Positions 29,924 through 41,845 are shown, counted from the first letter of the stretch. The stretch: 64,000 bases of DNA from an uncultured Gammaproteobacteria bacterium (GCA_963773065.1 CAVYZN010000032.1:1-64000); one strand, 5' to 3'. Program-made: numbers and translations. Notes: generated by a model not told the origin, from the letters alone.

Positions 29924-31453
29924 GAATGGCACTTAATTTAAGGATCAGTGAGGGACGTAGCATAGTCTAATGGTTTGAAACGGAAAGAGAAGGTTGGCTG
30001 GGGATGGGTAAGATGTTTGTTGCGAAACATCGACCCCACCAGCCCTGAGGCCAACCTTCATGAGTCACTGTAACCGTCCGTTGCTGTCACAACAACGTCG
30101 TCTTGCCAAACAGGTTCAGAAAATCGATGCCAATCATTTCTTCAACCTGCTTACCGGCCTGCGGTTACTGGAGGTGGTGGAGGCGCAGCTCCCCGAGCAC
30201 CGGGAACGGCACTATCCACCGACGCTGACGTTATCGATGTTTTTAGGGCAATGCAGGAGTGCCGACGACTCCTGTCAGAACACGGTGAATGAAGCGCTGG
30301 TCAATCGCCTGCTGAGCGGGATGTCTGTGGGCAGCGCCAACACCGGCGGCTATTGCATCGCGCGCCAGCGCTTGCCGCAGGAGATGGTGAGCACGCTGGC
30401 CCGCCAAACCGGGGCGTTGCTTGGCGTGTACACGCCCACGGGGTGGTTGTGGGGCGGGCGGCACGTGAAACTGGTGGATGGCACGACGGTATCGATGCCG
30501 GACACCGAGGAGAATCAGGCGCGCTTTCCCCAACCGGGGGGCACAAGCCCCTGGCGTGGGCTTTCCGCTGGCGCGGCTGGTCGGGGTGATTTCCCTGTCC
30601 AACGGCGCGGTGCTCGATGCCGCCATGGGGCCGTACCAGGGTAAGGGCACGGGTGAACATGGTCTGTTTCGAGGTCTCAAGGGGGCGTTTGTCGAAGGCG
30701 ATATCATGCTGGCCGACAGCTATTATTGCAGTTATTTCCTGATCGCCGACCTGCAGGGGCGCGGGGTGGACGTGCTGTTCGAGCAGCATGGCGCGCGCCA
30801 TACGGATTTTCGCCGGGAGAGCAACTTGGCGCACGGGATCATTTGGTGCAGTGGTCCGGCCTGCCCGGCCGGAGTGGATGAGCCGGGAGGAATACCACAG
30901 CTATCCGAAGCAGATCACGGTGCGCGAAGCGAACATCGGCAAGAAAGTGCTGGTGACCCCCCTGCTCTCGCCACGCAAAACCGCCAAGGCCGAGCTGGAA
31001 GCGTTGTTCCTGCAGCGCTGGCATGTGGAGCTGGATCTGCGCAACATCAAGACCACCCTCGGCATGGAAGCGTTAAGTTGCAAGAGCCCAGCGATGGGCG
31101 AGAAGGAAATGTGGGTCTACCTCCTGGCGTACAACTTGATTCGGCTGCTGATGGCCGAGGCTGCGCTGCAGGCCAAGGTGGCGCCGCGCCAGTTGAGCTT
31201 CAAACATACGCTGCAGATTTGGGTGGCCTGGAGTCAACGGCAGTTTCTCTCAAGCACCAAAGAAGACACGGCGACCTTGTTCCTGCTCATTGCCCAAATA
31301 CGGGTAGGAGAACGACCCGGCCGGGTTGAACCGCGGGCGGTCAAGCGCAGGCCCAAGCCTTATCCACACTTGAACAAACCTCGCTGGAAAGCCCGTCAGG
31401 ACATCAGAAAACATGGGCATGCAAGGAAGCTTGAGCTTAATTAAGTGCCATTC
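29924..31453 (+). mobile_element. IS4-family insertion sequence, 1530 bp
   Basis: TIRs GAATGGCACTTAATT (29924-29938) / AATTAAGTGCCATTC (31439-31453); 11-bp TSD GGGTCAGGCCA (29913-29923, 31454-31464). Confidence 0.93.
30060..31444 (+). pseudogene. IS4 DDE transposase, frameshifted
   Basis: LVDGTT, LADSYY, RWHVELDLRNIK spread over three frames. Confidence 0.88.
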
Positions 31454-31580
31454 GGGTCAGGCCATATTCCTGAATCAGGATATGTCCTTGTCATCTGCCG
31501 CGACTTCGGGTTTAAGAATGCTATGCTTTCGGTAGCGGGCTTGTTTCAAATTACGACAAGAGGGCCTGGCGGGGAAAAGT

Positions 31581-31859
31581 ATGACTGACACGTCCAAAGA
31601 AGCCGGCGTCATCATGGCGCTGCATGAGCGGTTCGAGAAGCAGAGATTGCCGAGACTCCTGGTACTCAAGGAAAAGGTTGACGAAGGCGAGGTGCTTGAT
31701 GATCTGGAGATCGAATTCCTGGAACAAGTCATCAGCGATGCCAGGCAAAGCAAACCCCTGTTAGACCGGCATCCGGAATGGCAGAACTTTTGCGCCGATG
31801 TCATCCATCTCTACGAGGAGATCACCGCAAAAGCGCTCAAGAACGAAGAGGGACGCTAG
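31581..31859 (+). CDS. Hypothetical small helical protein
   Basis: 92 aa, RBS GGGG, plausible amphipathic composition. Confidence 0.7.
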   Translation: MTDTSKEAGVIMALHERFEKQRLPRLLVLKEKVDEGEVLDDLEIEFLEQVISDARQSKPLLDRHPEWQNFCADVIHLYEEITAKALKNEEGR

Positions 31860-32076
31860 CTTCCCGAATCCCTGGGCCGCCACGTCCGCTGCCATGGCCG
31901 ATCTCGGCCATGCGGAATTATACCGGTATGCTCTGTGTGAGTGGAGACCACCAACGCTGGTCCCGATGCGGTGCGTATCAACCCCGGGGAAAACTATCGG
32001 CTCGTGGCAAGCTATTCCATCGAGCGGGATTGAAAATCGTCGGGAAAATTCCTCGCGTCTGACCCTTGGATAGCTC

Positions 32077-33069
32077 CTAAGGATTCCCGGCAAACACGGC
32101 CGGGCCGTAGAGCGCAGTGCGGTCGTTGAGGATCACCCGCACCGGCATTTGTTCTAGCAGACCCTGCATGCGGCCCTTGGCGCGGAAGGCGGTCATGAAG
32201 GCGCCGCTCTCCAGTTGGGTGAGGATCTTCGGGGCAATGCCGCCGCCGACATACACACCGCCGCTCGCCATCATTTTGAGCGCGAGGTTGCCGGCCTCGA
32301 CGCCGTAGAGGTGGACGAAGAGTTCCAGCGCCTCCACGCACAGCGCATCGCGCCCGCCCTGCGCGGCGCGGGAGATGGCGGCGGCCGGGTCGGCTCCTTG
32401 CATGTCGTCCTTCAACCAGCCCGCCACGGCGTGCTTGCGGTAGCGAACCAGGAAGTCGTGGATGTTTACCAGCCCCGGACCCGACACCAGGCGCTCCCAG
32501 CTCACATGCCCGTAACGCGCCATCAGGAAGCGCAGCAGCTCGATCTCCAGTTCGTTGCCGGGGCTGAAACCGGTATGGCCGCCCTCGGTGGCGAAGGGGC
32601 GGTAGCGCTCGCCATCCCGGAAGAGGCCGGCCTCGCCCAGCCCGGTGCCGGCCGCGATGATGGCGGCGTTGCCGGCGGGATTTTCGATCCCCTCGTTGAG
32701 GGTGTGAAAGTCCATTTCACCGAGGGCGCGCAGGCCCCAGGCGTTGGCTTCCAGGTCATTCAGCAGCGCGACCCGGCGGATATGAAAACGCGCGGCGATT
32801 TCCGCGGCGCTGATCCGCCACGGCAGGTTGGTCACATCCACCACGTCGTCGCGCACCGGCCCGGCGACGCCGAAACAGGCGGCGTCCGGCCGCATGTCCC
32901 CGGCGCCGAGGAAGTCCTCGATGATGTCGTTCAGCGCGGCATAGTCCCGGCTGGGGTAGCTGCGCTCGGCCATGCCGTCGAGGTGCGCGCCCGCCACATC
33001 GAACACGGCCAGCCGCGTTTTCGTTCCGCCGATGTCGCCCGAGAGTACCCGTAGCGTGTTGTTCGCCAT
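32077..33069 (-). CDS. glk: Glucokinase
   Basis: GDIGGTK, LLNDLEA, GTGLG, EGGH, WERLVSGPG. Confidence 0.93.
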   Translation of the reverse strand: MANNTLRVLSGDIGGTKTRLAVFDVAGAHLDGMAERSYPSRDYAALNDIIEDFLGAGDMRPDAACFGVAGPVRDDVVDVTNLPWRISAAEIAARFHIRRVALLNDLEANAWGLRALGEMDFHTLNEGIENPAGNAAIIAAGTGLGEAGLFRDGERYRPFATEGGHTGFSPGNELEIELLRFLMARYGHVSWERLVSGPGLVNIHDFLVRYRKHAVAGWLKDDMQGADPAAAISRAAQGGRDALCVEALELFVHLYGVEAGNLALKMMASGGVYVGGGIAPKILTQLESGAFMTAFRAKGRMQGLLEQMPVRVILNDRTALYGPAVFAGNP

Positions 33070-33186
33070 GCCGCTAATCTCCGTTGCGCTGCACTGGATC
33101 AGGAAGCCGGGATTGTGACACATCGGTGTCGTTCCGGTAATTCGCTATGACCATTGCGCCGCTTGGTCGCGATTGGCTTCCCGCCA

Positions 33187-34236
33187 TCAATGGCTCCCGA
33201 CGTCCACGTCGGCGCCTTCCTTACGCAGGCGCTCGGCGCGCGCCGAGAGAAAGCGCTGGAAACTGGGCTCCGTCAGGTAGGCCTCCTGCAGGACATAGTC
33301 GAACACGGACTGGACGTGGAAGTTCTTGAGGAAGGCGTCGATGCGCATGACCTCCTGGCCGCGCCGGTCGAAAAAGACGATGGACGGGGCATAGCCCAGG
33401 TCGAGGTCGCGCGCCCACGCGCTCGCGGTGGTGCGCTCATCCCCGGGAGTGATGACGGGGGTATCGGCCTGCCTGTCGAGCTGCACGGTCTCGAAGCGTT
33501 CGACCAGTGCGCGTGTTGCCGGGTCGGCGAGGATCTGCTCATGCAGTCTGTCGCAGTCCACGCAGTTCGCCTGCTCGAAGAACACGGCCAGCGGCCGGTC
33601 GGCGGGGACTCTGTTTCGCGCCAGGGCGTACGGGGGTTTCATGAAGAACGGTTCCGGATGGAGTGCGCCGTCCCGCGCGGCGGCAAGCCGCGAGCCGAGG
33701 TAATCGTGGAAGCTCAGTTGCGTTTCCTTGTGACCGGCGACATAGTCGAGCGCGAGGCGAAAGCGCTCCGGCGGGTAATAGCCGTTGAGGCGCAGGGCGA
33801 CCTTGCCCTGTTCATCGAGGAAGATAAGCGTCGGTGTGTAATTCACCTTGAGCGCGACTGCCAGCGACTTCTCGGTATGGCTCTGGCCATCCGTGGCGAC
33901 CACCTCGCGGTCCCCCCACATGTCGACGGCAATGGACTCCAGGTTGTTCCGCATCGCGGCGGCGATGTCGGGCTGCGTGAAGTTTTTCTTCACCAGCAGG
34001 CTGCAGTAGGGGCAGTGAGCCTGATGGAAATAGAGCATGACGCGCTTGTGGTTCGCAGCCGCTTCCCGCACGTCCTCGGCTAAATCGAGGAAGCTTTCCT
34101 TGAACCAGGCGGGCGGTTCGGATTCCTCGGCCCCTAGGAAGCGGCCGTTCTCATTCGCCGAGACTCCCATTACCGTCAGGAGGGGCAGGAAAAGGACCAG
34201 GACGACCCGGATCCGCAAGGGGTGAGTTGACTGCAT
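33187..34236 (-). CDS. Periplasmic tandem thioredoxin-fold protein (SoxW-like)
   Basis: Signal peptide, WFKESFLDL, CPYC and CVDC. Confidence 0.8.
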   Translation of the reverse strand: MQSTHPLRIRVVLVLFLPLLTVMGVSANENGRFLGAEESEPPAWFKESFLDLAEDVREAAANHKRVMLYFHQAHCPYCSLLVKKNFTQPDIAAAMRNNLESIAVDMWGDREVVATDGQSHTEKSLAVALKVNYTPTLIFLDEQGKVALRLNGYYPPERFRLALDYVAGHKETQLSFHDYLGSRLAAARDGALHPEPFFMKPPYALARNRVPADRPLAVFFEQANCVDCDRLHEQILADPATRALVERFETVQLDRQADTPVITPGDERTTASAWARDLDLGYAPSIVFFDRRGQEVMRIDAFLKNFHVQSVFDYVLQEAYLTEPSFQRFLSARAERLRKEGADVDVGSH

Positions 34237-34470
34237 GGCTGCCGCTCCTGCCGGTGGATTCGGCATGCGTCTGTTGTATTCAGTGTAAACCGCGTGGGGG
34301 CGGTTTTCACCGCTGAAATCCAGCGGGAAATCCCTGCGATTGGTTGTTTGTTAGGAAATGGTATCCGCTGATTCGATTGGTGCTGATGATTCGGACGTAG
34401 GCCATCTGCCTGATTACATTCAAGTGTCCCTGGTGGCCTTGGTAGTGCACTCCGTCTGAATTCAGTATGA

Positions 34471-37405
34471 CTAGTTGATCGTGTATTTGGCCTTGCCATC
34501 ATTTGCTTTACCATGCCCGGCATCAATATCCTCAATCTCGAAGTTCGTATTACCAGCGGGTTCGGAGATAAAATATCCCTGTGCGAGATTGACTCCCAAC
34601 TCCCACAGGATTGCAAGGCAAACCGGACTCTCAACGCCTTCGGCGATTGTTATTAAATTGTTATTTCTCGCCATATTTATGATCTCAGTGACTTTGGCGA
34701 GGCACTGACCCTTGCTGCTGATATTCTGGACCAGTCCGCTGTCGATTTTTATGTAATCGGCATGGATGTGCTGGAGGTGCTGCGGTTGTGTTGCCAGCCG
34801 GTAATGTTCAATGGCTATCTTGCAGCCAATTTTATTCAGTGCGTTGGACAGCATGGACAGGTTCTTCAGTTCACTTTCCAATACGCGCTCCGCTACCTCG
34901 AAAACGAGCTGCCCGGGGTTGATGCTGTATTCCTTGATCTTGCCCATGATCCACAGGGGAAGGTCATGGTCGGACACTGACTGCCTGGTCAGTTTGATAA
35001 ACAGTTTCATGTCCAGGTTCGGTTTTTCGGCCAGCGTTCTCATCATACTTTCTATGACATAGCGGTCTACCTCCTTTGCCTTTCCTGTATTGACCGCCAT
35101 GGAGAAAAACTCGCCGGGAAGAATAATGTCGCTGTTTTCATCGACGACCCTGGTCAGCACCTCGAAGCAGTTGATCGAGTTGTCCTTGAGGTTGGAAATC
35201 GGCTGGTAGTAGATCTTTATGCGATTTTCGGCGAGAACCCTGTCGACTATTTCAGCATGCTTAATGTTGCTTTCAGGCAGGCACAACTCGTCGGCTACCG
35301 GACTGTTAACCAGTACCTGGTTCCCACCGGTTAAACGCGCAGATTCACATGCCAGATCCGCTCTCGCAATCACATGCTCGGCGCTGGAGTCGCTGCCACG
35401 GACCGCGCAGACACCGATGCTTGTCGATATGACTAGTGTGCGACCGGCGGCTTCAAAGATATGATTCTCGACAGTCGAGCGTATCCGTTCCGCCTTTTTC
35501 TGCGTATCGTCAGTGCTTGCGTCACGGCATAGTACGGCAAAGGTGCAGTAACCGAATTGCGTAATCATATCGTTCCCGTCACAATGTGATTCGATGATTC
35601 CGGAAATCTGGTCAACTACCTGCTCACTGTTCATGACGCCGATTTCGTCCCTGACGCGGATGAAATTATCGAGTAATACATACATGACGGTATGCTTTGC
35701 GCCGGTGCCATCCGGTTCGGCCAGCAGGTTGTCGAGGTGTGAGATAAATCGGTCGCGGTCGGTGATTAATGGAGAAGGACCCGTGTCTTGATTTTGTGCG
35801 GGTAATCCGCTGGCGTTAGGTTGTCGGGATGTTTCCGGCGGCTCAGCCTGCAACTGCTCGCACCTCTCACCGGATGCAGACGGCTCCGCCTTGAGTCTTT
35901 CAACCCCGTCACGCAATGACACGACTGTCACATTGAGATCGGATCGCTCTCCCGGAGAGCGGTCTGCATCTTCGACGGCCACTCTGAGGCGCTCGACCCC
36001 TTGGTCCGATCTTGCTTTTTCCAGTGCGGATTCAAGGTCGACCACCTGCGCTTCAAGCTCATCAGCTTTTTTTGCACGTTCTGCGAACATCCGGAGCCTG
36101 TGATTCGGATTCCTTCAGCCTTGTTTCCAGATCAACCAATGCGGCTCGCAATGCGTTCTCGGCGCCATTGTCAACCATGAGAATATCCTGTGTCCGGTTG
36201 ACGGCTTCGAGCTTTGCCTTCAGCGTGGCGATGGCGGCATCTTTCTCACCCACGATCTTCTTGTGCACGCCATTTTCCGATATCGACGACTCATGCAGCG
36301 CACGGTTGAGAGTCTCCAGTCTTTCCGCATGAGCCACCAGCTCATTGTGGATTGCCTGCAGGGATCCATAGTCGCTGGAGATACTGGATAGCTTGTCGTT
36401 GAGTTCCGCACACTCCCTGGCGTGGGACTCGGCCTCCACGCGCTTCATTTGGGACTGTGCATCGAGTTCATTCTTGAGTTCGCCGATGTGATCGTGCAAC
36501 GACGCAATTTCCTTATTCCTGGAATCCAGTTCGTGGCTGCTTTTCTGAAGCTGTCCTTCCTTCGCCCGAAGTGCGTCGTTCAGCGCCTGGATTTCCGTGT
36601 GTTGCCTGCTTGACTCTTCCCTGTGCGCCTCTTCCTGTTGTTTTCCGGCCTCGGTCAGGGATGCGACCTCCGTAGAAAGAGTGTCAACCTGCCTCGAAAA
36701 CTCGGCAATTATGCTATTGCGCTCCTGCAGTTCCGCGTGAAGTACTTTGAGCTGCTCAGAGGTAGAATCATATTTTTCCTGCGCTACCTCGAGCTTATTG
36801 TTGAATTCCCCTCTCTCCCGTGCATACTCCTCTGCCGCGCGCAGGCTATCGGCCTTGTGCTGTTCCAGCGTCGTGGTCAGTTCCGCCACGCGAGAAGCCA
36901 GGAGACTGATTTCACCTGCATGCTCATTGAGTGATTTCTCCTGTTCAGCGGTCTGCTGCTGGAGGCGGTTCCGTTCGGAGTCCAGTTCACGGATTCTTTG
37001 GCCGAGCGCTTCCGTTTCACGTGCGTGTGTTTCGTCCATCCTGTGGGTCTTGCTGGTCTCCTCATCGAACGCAGCATTTAATGACTTGATCGATTCATTG
37101 AGTTCATCAATCCGAGCTGAACGCTCCTTCAGGAGCTTGCGGGATGATTCAAGCTCATATAATGCCGTATTGAACGCGGCATTGAATTCTTCAGCAACGG
37201 CCAACAAATCACCGATTGTGGGTCCGTCCTTTCCGGTATCACCGGCCTGGACAGGGACTTCCAGCACCGGTTCTTCGTTCAGGTTGCTGTACTGTTCTGA
37301 TTTCACGCCGTTGCCTGTCTGCATAGTGTCTTTTCCGGTTCTTGTGCTTAACTGACTGGCCACTGTATCCCTCATTTCACGTAGCCTCGTAATCATCCTG
37401 CTCAC
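34471..37405 (-). CDS. Long coiled coil plus degenerate GGDEF plus EAL (FimX-like), frameshift at ~36093
   Basis: Heptad-rich 36062-37405; YVLLDNF...QFGYCTF; YYQPI, FEVLTR, IAEGVE, LAQGYF. Confidence 0.75.
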
Positions 37406-37784
37406 TGTATTGCTCTCCTGAAGCGGAATTGTCCGCTGGGTGACAGGACGCCCCGATAGCTATCGGCGTGGCCCCGGTAATATTTATTTAATGTTCCTGA
37501 CAACGGTGACAGGCAATCACCGGGGCTCGATGGCTTTGTTACGGAGTCCGCGGTTTTCGCAGACTGGCAGGCAATCAATGACTGTCATGCGAGTTGAGGC
37601 GGTGAGGTCGAACCTTGTTTGGTGCTGGCAAGGCGATATACAAAATATCTTTGTAGCAATATGTTAAATGAACACACCCGCACGGTGACCGCATGTGGTC
37701 AGTGCCAATCCGTGCTAGTCTCCTGCACAATCACCGTCTCCAGGTGACAGCGCCTCCCCGCCGCAACCCTGGAGTCGCTCGCGG

Positions 37785-37979
37785 ATGCCCTGCAAGTTGC
37801 TATATGTGCATGACGCCGCAGAACTCGTGGACTTGCGAGTGCCACCGGGGAATCGGCTAGAGGCGCTAAAAGGGAAGCTCGCAGTATTTTACTCGATCCG
37901 AATCAACGATCAGTGGCGCATCGTTTTTCGGTGGAAAGGCAGCAACGCCAAAGATGTTCAGGTCATTGATTACCACTGA
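37785..37979 (+). pseudogene. higB: HigB (RelE-like) toxin lacking its N-terminus
   Basis: DLRVPPGNRLEALKG, SIRINDQWRIVF, IDYH. Confidence 0.8.
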
Positions 37980-38004
37980 ATCAGATGTGTAGGAGTATTT
38001 GGTT

Positions 38005-38271
38005 ATGAAGCAGCCCAAGAATCCGTATCACCCGGGCGAAATCCTCCTGGAGGAGTTTCTCAAACCAGCTGGCATCACCCAGATGGCGTTCGCCCAAAAG
38101 CTTGGCTGGACAAGGGCTCGTCTGAATGAGCTAATCAAGGGTAAACGCGGTATCACGGCCGAAGCGGCATTGGACCTGGCAGAGGCATTGGGTACGTCCG
38201 CGAAGCTTTGGATGAACTTGCAAGCGACGTATGACCTCGATCAGGCGATGAAACGACGCAACGCTGCGTGA
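38005..38271 (+). CDS. higA: HigA antitoxin
   Basis: HPGEILLEEFL, GKRGIT, LWMNLQ. Confidence 0.93.
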   Translation: MKQPKNPYHPGEILLEEFLKPAGITQMAFAQKLGWTRARLNELIKGKRGITAEAALDLAEALGTSAKLWMNLQATYDLDQAMKRRNAA

Positions 38272-38498
38272 GTTCAGCACGGAAACAGTACAACGTATAC
38301 CGGATCGACGGGAGAAGCTGGCGAGTGAGCTTGCGACTGGCTATACAGTAAGAGCGTAGCATCGAGCTTCAGGGAAAGCTGGCCCGTGCCCGTGCGGAAC
38401 TCCTCAGTAGGGAGCCGGATTTATTTTTTCCAGCCCGCGGCAGGGGGGTATGAACGGCCGTGACACAACCGGTTGTTTGCTGAAGTTTGGGTGGCCGA

Positions 38499-40316
38499 TC
38501 AGCCGAGGTATTGGATTTCCCGCGCGTCGCGGTAGATCTTGTGCGACAACTGGGAGGCGAGATTCACCAGCAGCTTCGTCTTCACCGCGTCATCCAGGTC
38601 ATCGAAATTCACCTCCAGGCATTCCGTGTCGCGGGTGGCCTTCACATCGGCCGCACGGCGCCGCTCGTTCAGCAGGGCAACCTCGCCGAAGGCGGTGCCG
38701 CTGCCGAGTGTGGCCAGACGGATCGCACGGTTTATACCCGCGTTCACGGTGACGTCCACCTGGCCGTCGAGGATAAAGTAGAATGAATCGGCGGATTCCC
38801 CGGCGCAGAAGACGGTCTCCCCGTTGGCGAAGCGGGCCATCCTGCCGACCGACAGCACCTGGCTGATTTCCTCCTCCGTCATGTTCTGGCACAGGTACTG
38901 GTCGCGGATGTCGATGCCCGACGTGCCCACCCTGGCATCGGCGCGCTGGATGATGCGGTTCTCGCACCACTCCAGCGCCCGGTCGGTGTCCTCGAAGCGG
39001 AGCAGTTCGCCGCCGGCTTCGGGATAGTGCTTCGCGAGGTATTTGCAAAACGGGTAGTGGTCATGCGTATTCGTGAAGAACACCTGCCGGTCGTCCCGGT
39101 GCAGGGCGCGCGCCAGGCGGGTGAATATCTGGCTCGCGGCGCGGTCTAGGTCGGAGACCTTTTTAAGATCGACGATGAGGAACTCGAATTCGGCCTCCTG
39201 CGAGATGATCTGCTGGACGACGGATTCCGCCGAGCCGAACTTGAGCTCTCCCTGCAGCTCGATGACATGGATGCGTCCGCCTTCGGCATCCAGGATGCGG
39301 TTCTCCTCCATGCCGCGCCAGCGACGCGAACGGATCTTGGCGCCGTCGTAATGCACGCGGATCACCGAGGCGGAGGTCGAGCGCACGACGTTGAAGAGGT
39401 GGAGTTGCAGGTCCTCGGAGATTCTCCGGCAGGCCGCGATGCCGCGCACGCTGTTGCCCTTGGCATCGAGCGGCGGGGAGAATACGCCTAGCCCGAACTG
39501 CCCGGGCAGCACCGCCATGATGCCGCCGCCCACGCCGCTCTTGGCGGGCAGACCGACATCGTGCAGCCACGAGCCCGAGTAGTCATACATGCCGCAGGAA
39601 CTCATCACGCTCAGCACCTTTTCGACGTACTTGCCGCTGATAGCCGTGACGCCGGTGACCGGGTTGACGCCGTTGTTCGCCAGGCAGGCGCCGATGAGGG
39701 CGAGGTCGCGCGCCGTCACCAGGATCGAGCATTGCCTGAAATAGATGTCCAGCACCTCTTCCGGCGTCCGGTCCAGTATTCCGTAGCCGTAGAGGAGATG
39801 CGCGATGGCGCGGTTGCGGTGGCCGGTCTCGCTCTCGGAGCGGTAGACCTTCTCGTCGATCGCCATGCCATGACCGGCATAGCGTTCGAAGCAGGCCATG
39901 ATCCGCTGCATCGGGCCTTTGTCCTGCTCGCCGTGGATCAGGCCCGAGGTGGCGATGGCGCCGGCATTGATCATCGGATTCAGCGGCCGGCCAGTCTGCG
40001 CCTCCAGGCTGATCGAGTTGAACGCCTCCCCTGACGGTTCCACGCCCACCTTGGCCTGCGCCCGGGCGAGCCCGTTATCCTCCAGGGCGAGGCCGTAGGT
40101 GATGGCCTTGGAGATCGACTGGATGGTGAACGGCAGTTGGGTGTCGCCGACCTGATAGACATGTCCGTCCACCGTGGCGATGGCGATGCCGAACCAGTCG
40201 GGGTTCGCACGGGAAAGTTCCGGGATATAGCTCGCGACATCCCCGCTGCGCACCGCGGCCAACTCGGCGCAAAGTTCCTGCAGGTATTCCTGTAGGGGTG
40301 AGGCGATCTGAATCAT
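38499..40316 (-). CDS. glsA: Glutaminase with STAS and cNMP-binding domains
   Basis: YIPEL, IQSISK, NPMINAGAI, PAKSGVGGG; GELKFGS (STAS); FGEVALL..RRAADV (cNMP). Confidence 0.92.
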   Translation of the reverse strand: MIQIASPLQEYLQELCAELAAVRSGDVASYIPELSRANPDWFGIAIATVDGHVYQVGDTQLPFTIQSISKAITYGLALEDNGLARAQAKVGVEPSGEAFNSISLEAQTGRPLNPMINAGAIATSGLIHGEQDKGPMQRIMACFERYAGHGMAIDEKVYRSESETGHRNRAIAHLLYGYGILDRTPEEVLDIYFRQCSILVTARDLALIGACLANNGVNPVTGVTAISGKYVEKVLSVMSSCGMYDYSGSWLHDVGLPAKSGVGGGIMAVLPGQFGLGVFSPPLDAKGNSVRGIAACRRISEDLQLHLFNVVRSTSASVIRVHYDGAKIRSRRWRGMEENRILDAEGGRIHVIELQGELKFGSAESVVQQIISQEAEFEFLIVDLKKVSDLDRAASQIFTRLARALHRDDRQVFFTNTHDHYPFCKYLAKHYPEAGGELLRFEDTDRALEWCENRIIQRADARVGTSGIDIRDQYLCQNMTEEEISQVLSVGRMARFANGETVFCAGESADSFYFILDGQVDVTVNAGINRAIRLATLGSGTAFGEVALLNERRRAADVKATRDTECLEVNFDDLDDAVKTKLLVNLASQLSHKIYRDAREIQYLG

Positions 40317-40700
40317 GGGCTGCTGTCCGGTTGCCGCTGCACCGGTAGCGGCATGAAAGAAGCGTGCCAGTGCCACCCTGTCCCGCTGCAATGTTCCGGC
40401 ACGGCCGGCCGGGTGAACGCCGGTACCGCTCTCCAAGCGATTGATCCGGTGGCCGTGTCGCCGGTGCGGGAAGAGCTTACGGCACCTGGTCCGGTGGCCC
40501 GCCACGGTGATCGTCCTGCTTCACTACCGACCCGCGGTGGTGCGGGATGACTCGTATTGGTGCAAACACCGCGCCGCGCCTCAGTCATTGCGCCCGCCCG
40601 CCGCTGTCGTATTGTCACAATTTTCGAGCGTCTATTTGCTACACTCCGGGCTTTGCGGTAGTGGCGATCAGCCGGACCGCGACGGCAAGGGGGGAGAACA

Positions 40701-41078
40701 ATGGCGAACAATCACGCCGATGAACAGTCCGCGGCGGCGACGGCGGCCATGAACCGGGTGCTCGCGGCGGAACGCGAGGCCGAACAGGCCGTTGCCGACT
40801 GTGAACGGCAGGCGCAGGCGCTACTCCAGGCGGCCTATGCGCGCGCCCAACGGATTGCCGGCCGTGCCGATCAGCGCATTTCACTTCTGCGCATGCGCTG
40901 CGGCGACCGGGTGTCGCGGCAGATCGAAGCCATGGAGCGCGACGAGCGGGCGGCGCCGCAGGCGTCATCACCGGACTACCCGGATGCCGCGCGCCTTGCC
41001 GCCATCGTCGAGCAGCTCGCCGCCGAGCTGAGCGGCGATGCCCCGTCGACGGCGCAATCCAGGGACGACGGTGAATGA
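40701..41078 (+). CDS. V/A-type ATPase subunit G/H-like
   Basis: Ala/Glu/Arg coiled coil; first gene of the operon. Confidence 0.65.
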   Translation: MANNHADEQSAAATAAMNRVLAAEREAEQAVADCERQAQALLQAAYARAQRIAGRADQRISLLRMRCGDRVSRQIEAMERDERAAPQASSPDYPDAARLAAIVEQLAAELSGDAPSTAQSRDDGE

Positions 41079-41845
41079 GCGATGTCGCGCGTTTCGCCTA
41101 TGTCCAGGCGCGACTGCAGGCGCGCCATGGCGCGCGCCCGGACGAGGGCGTTTGGCGGCGGCTGGAAACGGTCGGTGAACTCGGCAATTATCTCCAGGTC
41201 GCGCGGAACACGGCGCTTCGACCCTGGGTGGGCGGCCTGCAGGTCAGCCATGGCGCGCATGACATCGAGCTGTCGCTGCGCCAGCAGTATCGCCGCTATA
41301 TCGATGAAGTGGCTCACTGGATGCCGGGACGCTGGCGCGGCTCCGTGCGCTGGGTCAGGCGCCTGCTCGATCTGCCCGCCCTGCAGTATCTGTTGACGGG
41401 CGCCGCCGCGCCCGCCTGGATGCGGGAGGATCCCGAGCTGCGAGGCTTCGTCGCCGCCGATACCGCCCTGCGGGTGCAGTCCGTGCGGTCATCCGACTGC
41501 GCCGTCCTGCTCGATGGCTGGCAGGGCGGCGATCCCCTCTACGCGGCCTGGCTCGATCACTGGCGTGATCTCTGGCCGGGGTCGTCCCGCCAGGCGGTGG
41601 GACTGGAGTCTCTCGCGCGGTTGTTGCGCCGGCATATCGGGGCTCTGCATCTGTATCCCGTGGCGTCGAGCGCGCCGCTGCGCGAGGGCCTCTTGCAGCG
41701 GCTCAATTCCAGCTTTCGCCGTTACAGTTTTCAACCGGCGGCCGCCTTCGCCCATCTGGGCCTGGTCGCGCTGGATCTGGAGAAATTGCGGGGTCAATTG
41801 CTGCGGCGGGTGTTGTTTGCCGGCGTTCCGGAGCCGCCGTCATGA
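41075..41845 (+). CDS. V/A-type ATPase subunit C (divergent)
   Basis: FAYVQARLQAR N-terminus; operon position. Confidence 0.7.
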   Translation: MSDVARFAYVQARLQARHGARPDEGVWRRLETVGELGNYLQVARNTALRPWVGGLQVSHGAHDIELSLRQQYRRYIDEVAHWMPGRWRGSVRWVRRLLDLPALQYLLTGAAAPAWMREDPELRGFVAADTALRVQSVRSSDCAVLLDGWQGGDPLYAAWLDHWRDLWPGSSRQAVGLESLARLLRRHIGALHLYPVASSAPLREGLLQRLNSSFRRYSFQPAAAFAHLGLVALDLEKLRGQLLRRVLFAGVPEPPS

